The notes under the pieces are model-generated. The model ran no database searches. It had not been told where the DNA came from and saw nothing but the letters and a program-made list of their open reading frames with translations. 64,000 nt of DNA from NCBI GenBank assembly GCA_017437745.1, contig JAFRYI010000006.1, forward strand, positions 1,964 through 65,963, given 5' to 3'. Source of the DNA: Bacillota bacterium (GTDB lineage: Bacteria > Bacillota > Clostridia > Peptostreptococcales > Anaerovoracaceae). Positions 56,201 through 64,000 of the stretch are shown in pieces; position 1 is the first letter of the stretch; every line of letters begins with the position of its first letter. Position numbers and translations under genes: made by a program.

Positions 56201-57436
56201 CTATTTATATATCCTGTCCACCCTGCGGCCTATGGTCGAGAGAACTTCGTGCATGCAGGAGCCCTGGATCTCCGCAACGTCATCCGCGGTGATCACCAGA
56301 TCGCCGGAGCGTCCGATTATGATCGCTTCGTCTCCGACCTTTACCGGCCTAATGGCTCCGGAGCACCCGCACTCATTGGAATTCAGGGATTTTCCGGCAT
56401 CTGCCCGCGCGGCCTCCTCTGCCTGCAACTGAATTTCAGTTATATCTACCATCATCTGGTCCATGCAGATGTTGCCTACCATGGGAGCCTTGCAGCCGTT
56501 TATCAGCACATATCCCTTGTTGGAAAGGGCGCGGCTCAGTCCGTCCGCGTAGCCTATGCCAAGCGTTGCTATCACTCTGGGGCCGTCCGCGACGAACTTC
56601 CTGGAGTAGGAGACAGCGTCGCCCTTGTCAATGGTGCGGATGACGGTAACGGAAGTCTTCCATTCCATGGCCGGTTCCACGGGCAGTTTTGCGTCCATCG
56701 CCGTGTTGTAGCCGTAGATGAGCGCGCCGCAGCGTACCGCGTCGAAACGTGTCTGCGGGTACTTGCCTATGCCGCCGGAGTTGCTGATGTGGCGCAGTCC
56801 GGGGTCTATTCCAAGCTTATCGAGATGTGCCAGAACGGCTTCGTAGCGCGAAAGCTGCAGCTTCGTGTAGGGGTCGGCGCCTTCGGAGGTGTCGTCCGCG
56901 CTGGAGAAGTGCGAGAAGATGCCGGTAACGCGTACCGGGGAATCCGGATCGCCGTTCGCGGCCCTGTATGCTGCGGCTATACGGTCCATCTGCTCCTCTG
57001 TCTTGCAGTCGAAGCCTATGCGGTTCATTCCGGTGTTTATCGCGACGTGTATGTTCAGCGGCCTTGCGCCTTCTTTACGTTCTTTTTTATATGCATCGGC
57101 AGCCTTGCGGAGCGCTTCGAAATGATCCGCGCCTACGCAGGCCAGGGTTATGTCGTTCTCCGCCGCCCTCGCAGCGTCCGCTGGTTCCGTGCTTCCGAGC
57201 ACCAGAACGCTTCCGGGCACTTTGGCCTCCCTAAGCTCCATGGCCTCGGAAATGCATGCCACCGCGAAGCGCTTGACGCCGAACTCCGCAAGCTTTTCAG
57301 CCGTCTTTACGAATCCGTGGCCGTACGCGTTGGCCTTTACGACCGCTATAAGTTCGCAGCCTTCGGGCAGCACGCCCTTGACTACGTCCAGGTTCTTTTT
57401 CATCTTAGAGAAGTCTATCTCCAGCCAGGTCCTCAT
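56201..57436 (-). CDS. alr: alanine racemase
   Basis: 411 aa. PLP-Lys motif AVVKANAYGHG. A ~25-aa insert (QLQAEEAARADAGKSLNSNECGCSGAIRP) lies in the C-terminal beta domain. Confidence 0.9.
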   Translation of the reverse strand: MRTWLEIDFSKMKKNLDVVKGVLPEGCELIAVVKANAYGHGFVKTAEKLAEFGVKRFAVACISEAMELREAKVPGSVLVLGSTEPADAARAAENDITLACVGADHFEALRKAADAYKKERKEGARPLNIHVAINTGMNRIGFDCKTEEQMDRIAAAYRAANGDPDSPVRVTGIFSHFSSADDTSEGADPYTKLQLSRYEAVLAHLDKLGIDPGLRHISNSGGIGKYPQTRFDAVRCGALIYGYNTAMDAKLPVEPAMEWKTSVTVIRTIDKGDAVSYSRKFVADGPRVIATLGIGYADGLSRALSNKGYVLINGCKAPMVGNICMDQMMVDITEIQLQAEEAARADAGKSLNSNECGCSGAIRPVKVGDEAIIIGRSGDLVITADDVAEIQGSCMHEVLSTIGRRVDRIYK

Positions 57437-57487
57437 GTTTTCCTCCGTCTGCCGCGGCCCGCGGGCCGCGATCGTCAGTCTTACGCT

Positions 57488-58384
57488 CTAATCGCGCGGC
57501 TGCTCCGCCGCAATTCCGTAGAAACTGCAGGCGTTCCGGTAAGTAGCGTCCGCGGCCTCTTTGTAAGTGATTCCTTTAATTTCCGCTATCCTTTTCGCCA
57601 CATACTGCACGTATGTCGGCTTGTTCTGCTTGCCGCGCATGGGCACGGGCGCCATGTAGGGCGAATCGGTCTCGATCAGAAGATCGCCTATGTCCAGCGC
57701 CTCCGCCACATTTACGCTGTGGCGCGCGTTCTTGTACGTTACCGGGCCGCCCAGGCTTATCTTTGCCCCCAGTTTGACGTACTGGCGGGCAAGTTCGGCC
57801 GAGCCGGAGAAGCAGTGCATCAGGACCTTGGTGCGGTCCGACGCCTTAACGGTCCTTTCCGGGGAACCGGGGCCAACGGAGCCTTGTGCGCTGTCCGGAT
57901 CGGGAACGCGCTTAAGAAAGACCTCTTCCTTAAGTATCTGAAAGGTGTCTCCGTCGGCGTCGCGCGAGTGTATGCAGACCGGCATGCCCAGCCGCACGGC
58001 CTCCTGCAGCTGGCGGCGGAACCAGTGCTGCTGGATCTCTCTGGGCGGGTTTTCCTCCCAGTGATAGTCCAGGCCGATCTCGCCTACGGCGACGACCTTC
58101 GGCTCTTTGCAAAGCTCCAGCGTCCGCGCCAGAAGTTCCTCGGTCAGCCTGCCGACCTCGGAGGGGTGCCATCCGACGACGGCGTAGCAGAAATCCCACT
58201 GCTTCGCGGCGCGCAGGGCGGCGAGGGACGTATCCAGGTCCGTTCCTATGTCCGCTATCGTAAGTCCCAGGTCGCGTATCTGCTCCGCAAGCTGGTCGCG
58301 GCAGTCGTCGAATCCCGGGTCCGTAAAGTGGCAGTGAGAGTCAAATAGCATGTTTTGAGCCGTTTCGTTAAATATGTTATGCAA
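57488..58384 (-). CDS. tatD: TatD-family metal-dependent hydrolase
   Basis: 298 aa. FDSHCH motif, with IHSRDA and HCFSG blocks split by a ~25-aa insert. The start may instead be ATG 58351 (MLFDSHCH). Confidence 0.88.
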   Translation of the reverse strand: MHNIFNETAQNMLFDSHCHFTDPGFDDCRDQLAEQIRDLGLTIADIGTDLDTSLAALRAAKQWDFCYAVVGWHPSEVGRLTEELLARTLELCKEPKVVAVGEIGLDYHWEENPPREIQQHWFRRQLQEAVRLGMPVCIHSRDADGDTFQILKEEVFLKRVPDPDSAQGSVGPGSPERTVKASDRTKVLMHCFSGSAELARQYVKLGAKISLGGPVTYKNARHSVNVAEALDIGDLLIETDSPYMAPVPMRGKQNKPTYVQYVAKRIAEIKGITYKEAADATYRNACSFYGIAAEQPRD

Positions 58385-58659
58385 AAAGTCTGTTTTACTG
58401 TACAGAGCCGTTTTCCGGCATCGATCCGGTCACGTCCAAGTTTGTCTAATAGATTATTATACCATAAAACGCAGGCCCGGGGGCATATTCTTCCTTCGGT
58501 GTTTTTAGGTAAACAGCTGTTGAAAAACGCTCAAATTTTGTTGCCGATACACAAAAACTACATTGAATCTTTCTATATTATGTGATAGAATGTTTTACCT
58601 GACACGAAAAATGTTAATCCAACACAAAGTTTATATACGAAAGTAGAGGAAAATTGTAA

Positions 58660-60810
58660 TTGAACAACAACAATAACAACGGCAAGAAGCCGAGTCTGCT
58701 GAAAGCTCTGCTTATCTATGTCCTGATCTTCATCGTCGTCGCCGGAATTATAACCATAATCGGCGGCGGATCGCTGTTCGGCGGCGGTGACGCCAGAAGC
58801 ATAGAGTTCTCCGAACTCGTGGACTATCTGGAAAAAGGACAGGTAACGGAGATCCTGATCAACGAGAACAACAGGGGCTACACCGCCAAGCTCAAGAGCG
58901 GCGAGACTGTAATAGCCTACGCTCCGACCGTGTTCGAGATGCAGACGATAAGCGAAAAGTACATCGTTCCGCAGTCCACGTCCGGCAGCCTGGTAGTTAA
59001 GAGCGTCAAGCCCTCCAACTACTCCAGCTTCATTTCCTGGATACCTACCCTGATCATGATCATCTTCATGGTGATACTCCTGCGCAACATGATGGGCGGA
59101 GGCGGCAACGCCGGAGTGATGAACTTCGGCAAGTCCAAGGCCCGCATGGTGAAAGGCGACGACAAGAAGCGCATAACCTTCAAGGATGTTGCCGGTCTGG
59201 AAGAGGAAAAGCAGGAGCTCGCGGAGATCGTGGACTTTCTCAAGAACCCCAGGAAGTACCTGGAGCTGGGCGCACGCATTCCCAAGGGCGTTCTGCTCGT
59301 AGGCCCTCCGGGAACAGGTAAGACTTACATTTCCAAGGCCGTAGCCGGCGAGGCAGGCGTGCCTTTCTTCAGCATATCCGGTTCCGACTTCGTAGAGATG
59401 TTCGTAGGCGTAGGCGCAAGCCGCGTCCGCGACCTGTTCAACGACGCCAAGAAGAACGCTCCGTGCATAGTCTTCATCGACGAGATCGACGCCGTGGGAC
59501 GCAGAAGAGGCGCAGGCATAGGCGGCGGCAACGACGAGCGCGAGCAGACTCTCAACCAACTGCTCGTGGAGATGGACGGATTCGACGCCAACGAGGGAAT
59601 AATCGTAATGGCGGCCACCAACCGTCCGGACGTACTGGACCCCGCAATCCTGAGGCCCGGCCGTTTCGACCGTCAGGTAACCATTTCCACTCCGGACGTT
59701 AAGGGCCGCGAGGAAGTGTTCAAGCTGTACGCAAAGAACAAGCCGCTCGACGAGAACGTGGATCTTAAGGTGCTGGCTAAGCGCACCCCGGGCTTCACCC
59801 CCGCTGACATAGAGAACATGATGAACGAGGCGGCACTGCTTACCGCGCGCCGCAACGGCACCATAATACACATGGAAGACCTGGAAGAGGCCATCACCCG
59901 CGTCATTGCCGGCCCGCAGAAGCGCAGCCGCGTAATGAGCGAGAAGGAGCGCAAGCTCACCGCCTACCACGAAGCCGGACACGCCGTCGTAATGAGGGCA
60001 ACGCCGGGCTCCGACCCCGTACACCAGGTGACCATAATGCCGCGCGGATCCGCCGGCGGATTCACCATGCAGCTCCCGGACGAGGATCACTACTACATCA
60101 CCCGCACGGAGATGGAGCAGGACATAATGCACCTGCTGGGCGGCCGCATAGCCGAGTCCCTGGTCCTGGGCGACATATCCACCGGAGCTTCCAGCGACCT
60201 GGAGCGCGCCACCAAGACCGCTCACGACATGGTCACCAAGTACGGCATGAGCAAGGCCATAGGCCCCGTAAACTACTCCGACGCGGACGAAGTGTTCCTG
60301 GGCCGCGACTTCACCTCCAAGCAGAACTACTCGGAGGAGTTGGCGTCCAAGATAGACCAGGAAGTCCGCAGCATAATCGACAAAGCGTACGCTGACGCCG
60401 AGAAGATGCTTAAGGATCACAGAGACGAGCTCGACCGCGTAGCAGGCGCCCTTCTGGAGATGGAGACTCTGGACGCTGATCAGTTCGAGGCCATCTACAG
60501 CGGCACCAGGACCGTGGCGGAGCTTCAGGAAGAAGACAACGCAAGGAGCAAGGCCCGCAAGAAGGTGGAAGACGCCGAGGCCGAGGCCAGAGCAAAGAAG
60601 GAAGCCGAGGAAGCAGCCATCATTAAGGAGATGGAAGGAGTCCTTCCGGGCGGAAACCAGATGAAGAAGCCTCCCATGCACACACGCGTGGCCAGGATAG
60701 ATAAGGACGGCAACATTTCCCTGGTGGGAGAAAAGCCGGAAAACAAGGAAACCAAGGAAAACGAAGAAAAACAGGAAGACAAGCAGGGAGAGGAAGGCGG
60801 TAACAAATGA
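58660..60810 (+). CDS. ftsH: ATP-dependent zinc metalloprotease FtsH
   Basis: 716 aa. Two TM helices, Walker [12 protein letters not shown] region, HEAGH zinc site and a long charged C-terminal tail. TTG start. Confidence 0.96.
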   Translation: MNNNNNNGKKPSLLKALLIYVLIFIVVAGIITIIGGGSLFGGGDARSIEFSELVDYLEKGQVTEILINENNRGYTAKLKSGETVIAYAPTVFEMQTISEKYIVPQSTSGSLVVKSVKPSNYSSFISWIPTLIMIIFMVILLRNMMGGGGNAGVMNFGKSKARMVKGDDKKRITFKDVAGLEEEKQELAEIVDFLKNPRKYLELGARIPKGVLLVGPPGTGKTYISKAVAGEAGVPFFSISGSDFVEMFVGVGASRVRDLFNDAKKNAPCIVFIDEIDAVGRRRGAGIGGGNDEREQTLNQLLVEMDGFDANEGIIVMAATNRPDVLDPAILRPGRFDRQVTISTPDVKGREEVFKLYAKNKPLDENVDLKVLAKRTPGFTPADIENMMNEAALLTARRNGTIIHMEDLEEAITRVIAGPQKRSRVMSEKERKLTAYHEAGHAVVMRATPGSDPVHQVTIMPRGSAGGFTMQLPDEDHYYITRTEMEQDIMHLLGGRIAESLVLGDISTGASSDLERATKTAHDMVTKYGMSKAIGPVNYSDADEVFLGRDFTSKQNYSEELASKIDQEVRSIIDKAYADAEKMLKDHRDELDRVAGALLEMETLDADQFEAIYSGTRTVAELQEEDNARSKARKKVEDAEAEARAKKEAEEAAIIKEMEGVLPGGNQMKKPPMHTRVARIDKDGNISLVGEKPENKETKENEEKQEDKQGEEGGNK

Positions 60811-61979
60811 GCGAGACTTTCAGCAACAACCTGCTGAACGGAACTATCTACCATCTGCTGAACTTCGAGAAGTACTCCAACTTCCAGCAGGCGGCAAAGC
60901 AGGCAGCCATCAACAACAACTTCCAGATAGTACTGTTCTCGGCTGACTTCAACGTGGTGTTCTCCGTCGAGACGCGCCACACGGTAAGCATAGAGGACGC
61001 GGTAAGGACCCGTCTGGACAGGCTGGATTTCGACAAGGAGCGCAGAGGCATACGCCTGGACGTCCGCGGCCTGGAGACTTACTGGGGCCCGCTGGACATC
61101 GCCGGCATCCGCTACTACCTGATGCTGGCCGACAACGACAACTACTACACTCAGGACGAGATGACCAAGCTGGCGGAGATAATGGAGCTGGCCATGGGAA
61201 TGTGGAACTACGTTCCCGACCGCGACCCCGCCGCCGAGATGCTGCGCGCGTTAAGACGCGGCAACCGCGGACTTGCCCATACTCTGATGGAAGAGCAGGG
61301 GCTTAAGGAAGCCGACATCCAGGGCGTGTTCCTGATAGCCGGAGCCAGAAAGGACGAGGCTCTTCCGGCGATCTCCGGATTCGAGGCCGAGAAGGGTCTA
61401 AGGACCATAAAGATAGCCGAGCCGGACGAGATAGTCGGTCTGGTGCTGAGCTCCCCCAACGCGGAGACTCCTACTTCGGACGACTGGAAGAAGCTTGCCA
61501 ACCTGCTTACACAGTACGGCGCCAAGAAGACCTTCAGCGTAATGACGGCGGCCGGAATAGAGGGCGCCTGCAACGCGTTCCAGCTGATAAACGAGACGGA
61601 AGCCTTCGTGCAGTTCATATTCCCGCAGAAGCGTTCCTTCACCAAGTTCGAGCTGGCGCTGGCCGCTAACTGCGTAAACATCTGCATGAACGGCGGAAGC
61701 GTAAAGCGCAACTATCTGGATCTGATCCGCCCGTTCAGGGACGCCACGGACAACAAGTCCAGGCAGCTGATGGAGACTCTGGAAGTATTCGTTCTGGACG
61801 CGGGCCTTTCCTCGTCCAAGGCGTCCAGGCTGATGGACGTGCACGTAAACACCGTGCAGTACAGGCTCAAGCGCATACGCGAGATGCTCGGAACGGACAT
61901 CACCGCAAACACCATAGTGCCCGGACTAATGGTAGCCCTGGCCGTACAGAGGATAGAGAAGGAGGCCGGACCGTTTTAA
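60807..61979 (+). CDS. PucR/CdaR-family transcriptional regulator
   Basis: 390 aa. C-terminal PucR-type HTH ([29 protein letters not shown]). Overlaps the ftsH stop by 4 nt. Confidence 0.7.
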   Translation: MSETFSNNLLNGTIYHLLNFEKYSNFQQAAKQAAINNNFQIVLFSADFNVVFSVETRHTVSIEDAVRTRLDRLDFDKERRGIRLDVRGLETYWGPLDIAGIRYYLMLADNDNYYTQDEMTKLAEIMELAMGMWNYVPDRDPAAEMLRALRRGNRGLAHTLMEEQGLKEADIQGVFLIAGARKDEALPAISGFEAEKGLRTIKIAEPDEIVGLVLSSPNAETPTSDDWKKLANLLTQYGAKKTFSVMTAAGIEGACNAFQLINETEAFVQFIFPQKRSFTKFELALAANCVNICMNGGSVKRNYLDLIRPFRDATDNKSRQLMETLEVFVLDAGLSSSKASRLMDVHVNTVQYRLKRIREMLGTDITANTIVPGLMVALAVQRIEKEAGPF

Positions 61980-61994
61980 GGCCGGTACGATAGA

Positions 61995-62804
61995 ATGCTT
62001 TTAGCTTTAGACGTAGGCAATACCAACATAGTAATGGGTCTGTACAACGGCAAGGAGCTTAAGGGTTCCTGGCGTATGGAGACCAACCAGAAGAAGAGCG
62101 CCGACGAGTACGCGGTATTCATCCGCCAGCTCTTCGACACCCACGGATTTACGTTCAAGGATGTGGACGACGTGATAATCTCCACGGTAGTTCCGTCCAT
62201 GACGTATACCCTGCAGCACATGTGCCGCTACTACTTCGACTGCGAGCCCATGATCGTGGGTCCCGGAATAAAGACCGGACTCATAATCAAGTACGACAAC
62301 CCCAAGATGCTGGGCGCGGACCGTATCGTAAACAGCGTCGCGGCTGTGGCCAAGTACCCGGCTCCGCTGATCATAATCGACTGCGGCACGGCAACCACGT
62401 TCTGCGCGGTATCGGACAAGAACGAGTACCTGGGCGGCGCGATAGCCCCCGGACTTAAGATCAGCTCCGAAGCGCTGTTCGAAAAGACGGCCAAGCTGCC
62501 GCGAGTAGAGATCGAGACCCCCCGCAAGGCCATATGCCACAACACCACGGAAGGCATGCAGGCCGGTCTGGTGTTCGGTCACATAGGAATGGCTGAATAC
62601 ATTGTCAAGCGCATGAAGGAAGAGATCCGCGCGGCTTACGGCAGCGACAAGCAGATAACCGTAATCGGCACCGGCGGAATGGCGTACATCATAAAGGACA
62701 ACTCGGACTGCATAGACGTCCTGGACAAGATGCTTACGCTCGAGGGACTGCAGCTGATCTACGAAAAGAACAAGTCGGAAGAAAGGGTAAAGCCGGAAGA
62801 GTAA
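61995..62804 (+). CDS. coaX: type III pantothenate kinase
   Basis: 269 aa. MLLALDVGNTNIVMGLY, GADR and IDCGTATT motifs. Confidence 0.9.
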   Translation: MLLALDVGNTNIVMGLYNGKELKGSWRMETNQKKSADEYAVFIRQLFDTHGFTFKDVDDVIISTVVPSMTYTLQHMCRYYFDCEPMIVGPGIKTGLIIKYDNPKMLGADRIVNSVAAVAKYPAPLIIIDCGTATTFCAVSDKNEYLGGAIAPGLKISSEALFEKTAKLPRVEIETPRKAICHNTTEGMQAGLVFGHIGMAEYIVKRMKEEIRAAYGSDKQITVIGTGGMAYIIKDNSDCIDVLDKMLTLEGLQLIYEKNKSEERVKPEE

Positions 62805-62830
62805 ACGGCATATAGTATCAGGATATAAAG

Positions 62831-63853
62831 ATGACGGAGTTTTTAGGGCTGAGACCGGAAAGTCCGATGGCTCTGGCGCCTCTCGCAGGCATATCCGACA
62901 GCGCTTTCAGAAGGCTTGCCCGGGAGCAGGGCGCCGCGCTCTCCTGCACGGAGATGGTCTCCGCAAAGGGCCTGTATTATAAGAGCCCCGGGACGGAGGA
63001 ACTGCTGCGGATCGACCCGTCGGAAGGTCCGGTGGGCATACAGATATTCGGCAGCGAGCCGGACATGATAGCCTTCGCAGCGGACAAGCTTAAGGACCGT
63101 CCCAACGCTTTTCTGGACATAAACATGGGCTGCCCGGTGCCGAAGGTCGTTAAGAACGGCGAAGGCTCAGCCATGCTTCTGGATCCGGACAACGCGGCCA
63201 GATGCGTGGAGGCAGCCGTAAAGCACGGTGGCGGAAAGCCCGTTACCGTAAAGATGCGCGTAGGGTTTTACGGAAAGCCCGGCGCGTACGGAAATGCAGC
63301 GGCAGGACCGCAGACATCGGAGCGGAACACGTACGACTACGTAGGCTTCGCTAAGCTGATGGAAAGGGCAGGAGCTTCGGCCGTGGCGGTCCACGGACGC
63401 ACCCGCGAGCAGTACTACAGCGGAAAGGCCGACTGGAACGCCATAGCGGAGATAGCGAGCGCGCTTAAGATACCGGTCGTCGGAAACGGCGACGTTCAGT
63501 CGGCGGATGACGCCCGCAGGATGATGGAGCAGACAGGCTGCGGAATGGTCCTGATAGGACGCGCGGCTCTCGGGAACCCCTGGATCTTCGCGGAATGGAA
63601 GGACGGCGGCGCAGGAAAGAAGCACCGGACCGCGGCGGAGATATCAGCGATGATGCTTCGGCACTTCCAGCTGCTCCGGCAGATAAAGGGCGACCGCACT
63701 GCGGTAATGGAAATGCGCAAGCACTTCGGCTGGTACACCAAGGGAGTGCGCGGAGCGGCGGAGCTTCGCAGGCAGGTAAACACGGCGTCGGACGCCGTAG
63801 AGATGATGAGGTTCATAAACGACGCGGCGCTTCTTGATGCCGCGCATCGATAA
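62831..63853 (+). CDS. dusB: tRNA-dihydrouridine synthase
   Basis: 340 aa. LAPLAGISDSAFR, DINMGCPVPKV and VHGRTREQ motifs. Confidence 0.9.
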   Translation: MTEFLGLRPESPMALAPLAGISDSAFRRLAREQGAALSCTEMVSAKGLYYKSPGTEELLRIDPSEGPVGIQIFGSEPDMIAFAADKLKDRPNAFLDINMGCPVPKVVKNGEGSAMLLDPDNAARCVEAAVKHGGGKPVTVKMRVGFYGKPGAYGNAAAGPQTSERNTYDYVGFAKLMERAGASAVAVHGRTREQYYSGKADWNAIAEIASALKIPVVGNGDVQSADDARRMMEQTGCGMVLIGRAALGNPWIFAEWKDGGAGKKHRTAAEISAMMLRHFQLLRQIKGDRTAVMEMRKHFGWYTKGVRGAAELRRQVNTASDAVEMMRFINDAALLDAAHR

Positions 63854-63868
63854 AAAAAGGAGAAAATC

Positions 63869-64000
63869 ATGGCAGAAGAAATTCTTTTCACTCAAGAAGG
63901 TTACGACAAGATCGTAGAAGAGCACGATTATCTGGTAGCCGTAAGGCGCCCGGAAGTCACCGAGCATCTTAAGGTCGCAAGGTCCTTCGGAGACCTTTCC
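63869..64000 (+). CDS. greA: transcription elongation factor GreA (N-terminal part, continues beyond window)
   Basis: My translation from ATG 63869 is [52 protein letters not shown]. Confidence 0.85.
   Translation, partial: MAEEILFTQEGYDKIVEEHDYLVAVRRPEVTEHLKVARSFGDLS

Noticed and set aside
58573-60681. 702-aa minus-strand ORF. Similar long antisense ORFs occur at 51180..53126, 23820..25664, 37781..39607, 28939..30534, 56081..58348, 21516..22841 and 17675..18667.
   Set aside because: Each is antisense to a confidently identified gene (ftsH, metG, gdpP, pckA, the M23 peptidase, alr/tatD, the HtrA-like gene, parB). They show the same shadow-ORF composition and have no SD or family resemblance.

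Overview
Origin-proximal chromosome segment of a Firmicutes/Clostridia-like bacterium, read by eye with no database or folding tools. Sense codons avoid TTA/CTA/TCA, which creates very long antisense shadow ORFs that I reject. Gene content is almost entirely housekeeping. The minus strand carries trpS (partial), gyrA and gyrB. A DnaA-box cluster follows. The plus strand then carries dnaA-dnaN-recF-rpmH-rnpA-yidD-yidC-jag-mnmE-mnmG-rsmG, three parS sites, and parA-parB. Further on are tcdA/rnhA, a walJ-like MBL gene with an HtrA-like protease and rlmH, an ArsR regulator, gdpP-rplI-dnaB with a DnaD-like gene, an M23 peptidase, a CofE-like gene, proBAC, an OatA-like acyltransferase, pckA, divIC/ftsB, rsmA, serS, a DNA glycosylase, serC-serA, a bactofilin, a DMT transporter, a NUDIX gene, metG, a DUF2974-like protein, tilS-alr-tatD, ftsH, a PucR regulator, coaX, dusB and greA (partial). 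I saw no rRNA, tRNA, CRISPR, transposase, phage or recognisable defence genes. The interesting signals are non-coding. (1) Two candidate ribosome-mediated leader-peptide attenuators: a 7x consecutive Ser-codon leader ORF plus terminator upstream of serC-serA, and a Met-codon leader ORF plus terminator upstream of metG, where Firmicutes normally use T-boxes. (2) A type I toxin-antitoxin-like locus with a 27-aa hydrophobic peptide flanked by a perfect 23-nt long-range inverted repeat. (3) A family of ~145-bp imperfect-palindrome intergenic repeats in two inverted copies with compensatory changes, plus an unrelated ~190-bp long-hairpin element. (4) An array of GTTGC-N4-GCAAC palindromes spaced exactly 41 bp apart next to a triple parS array. 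(5) A recurrent AACTGAAWTTCAGTT palindrome. (6) An ori region in which the dnaA-dnaN-recF block is inverted relative to the canonical flanks. RNA and regulatory coordinates were derived by hand and may be off by a few nt.
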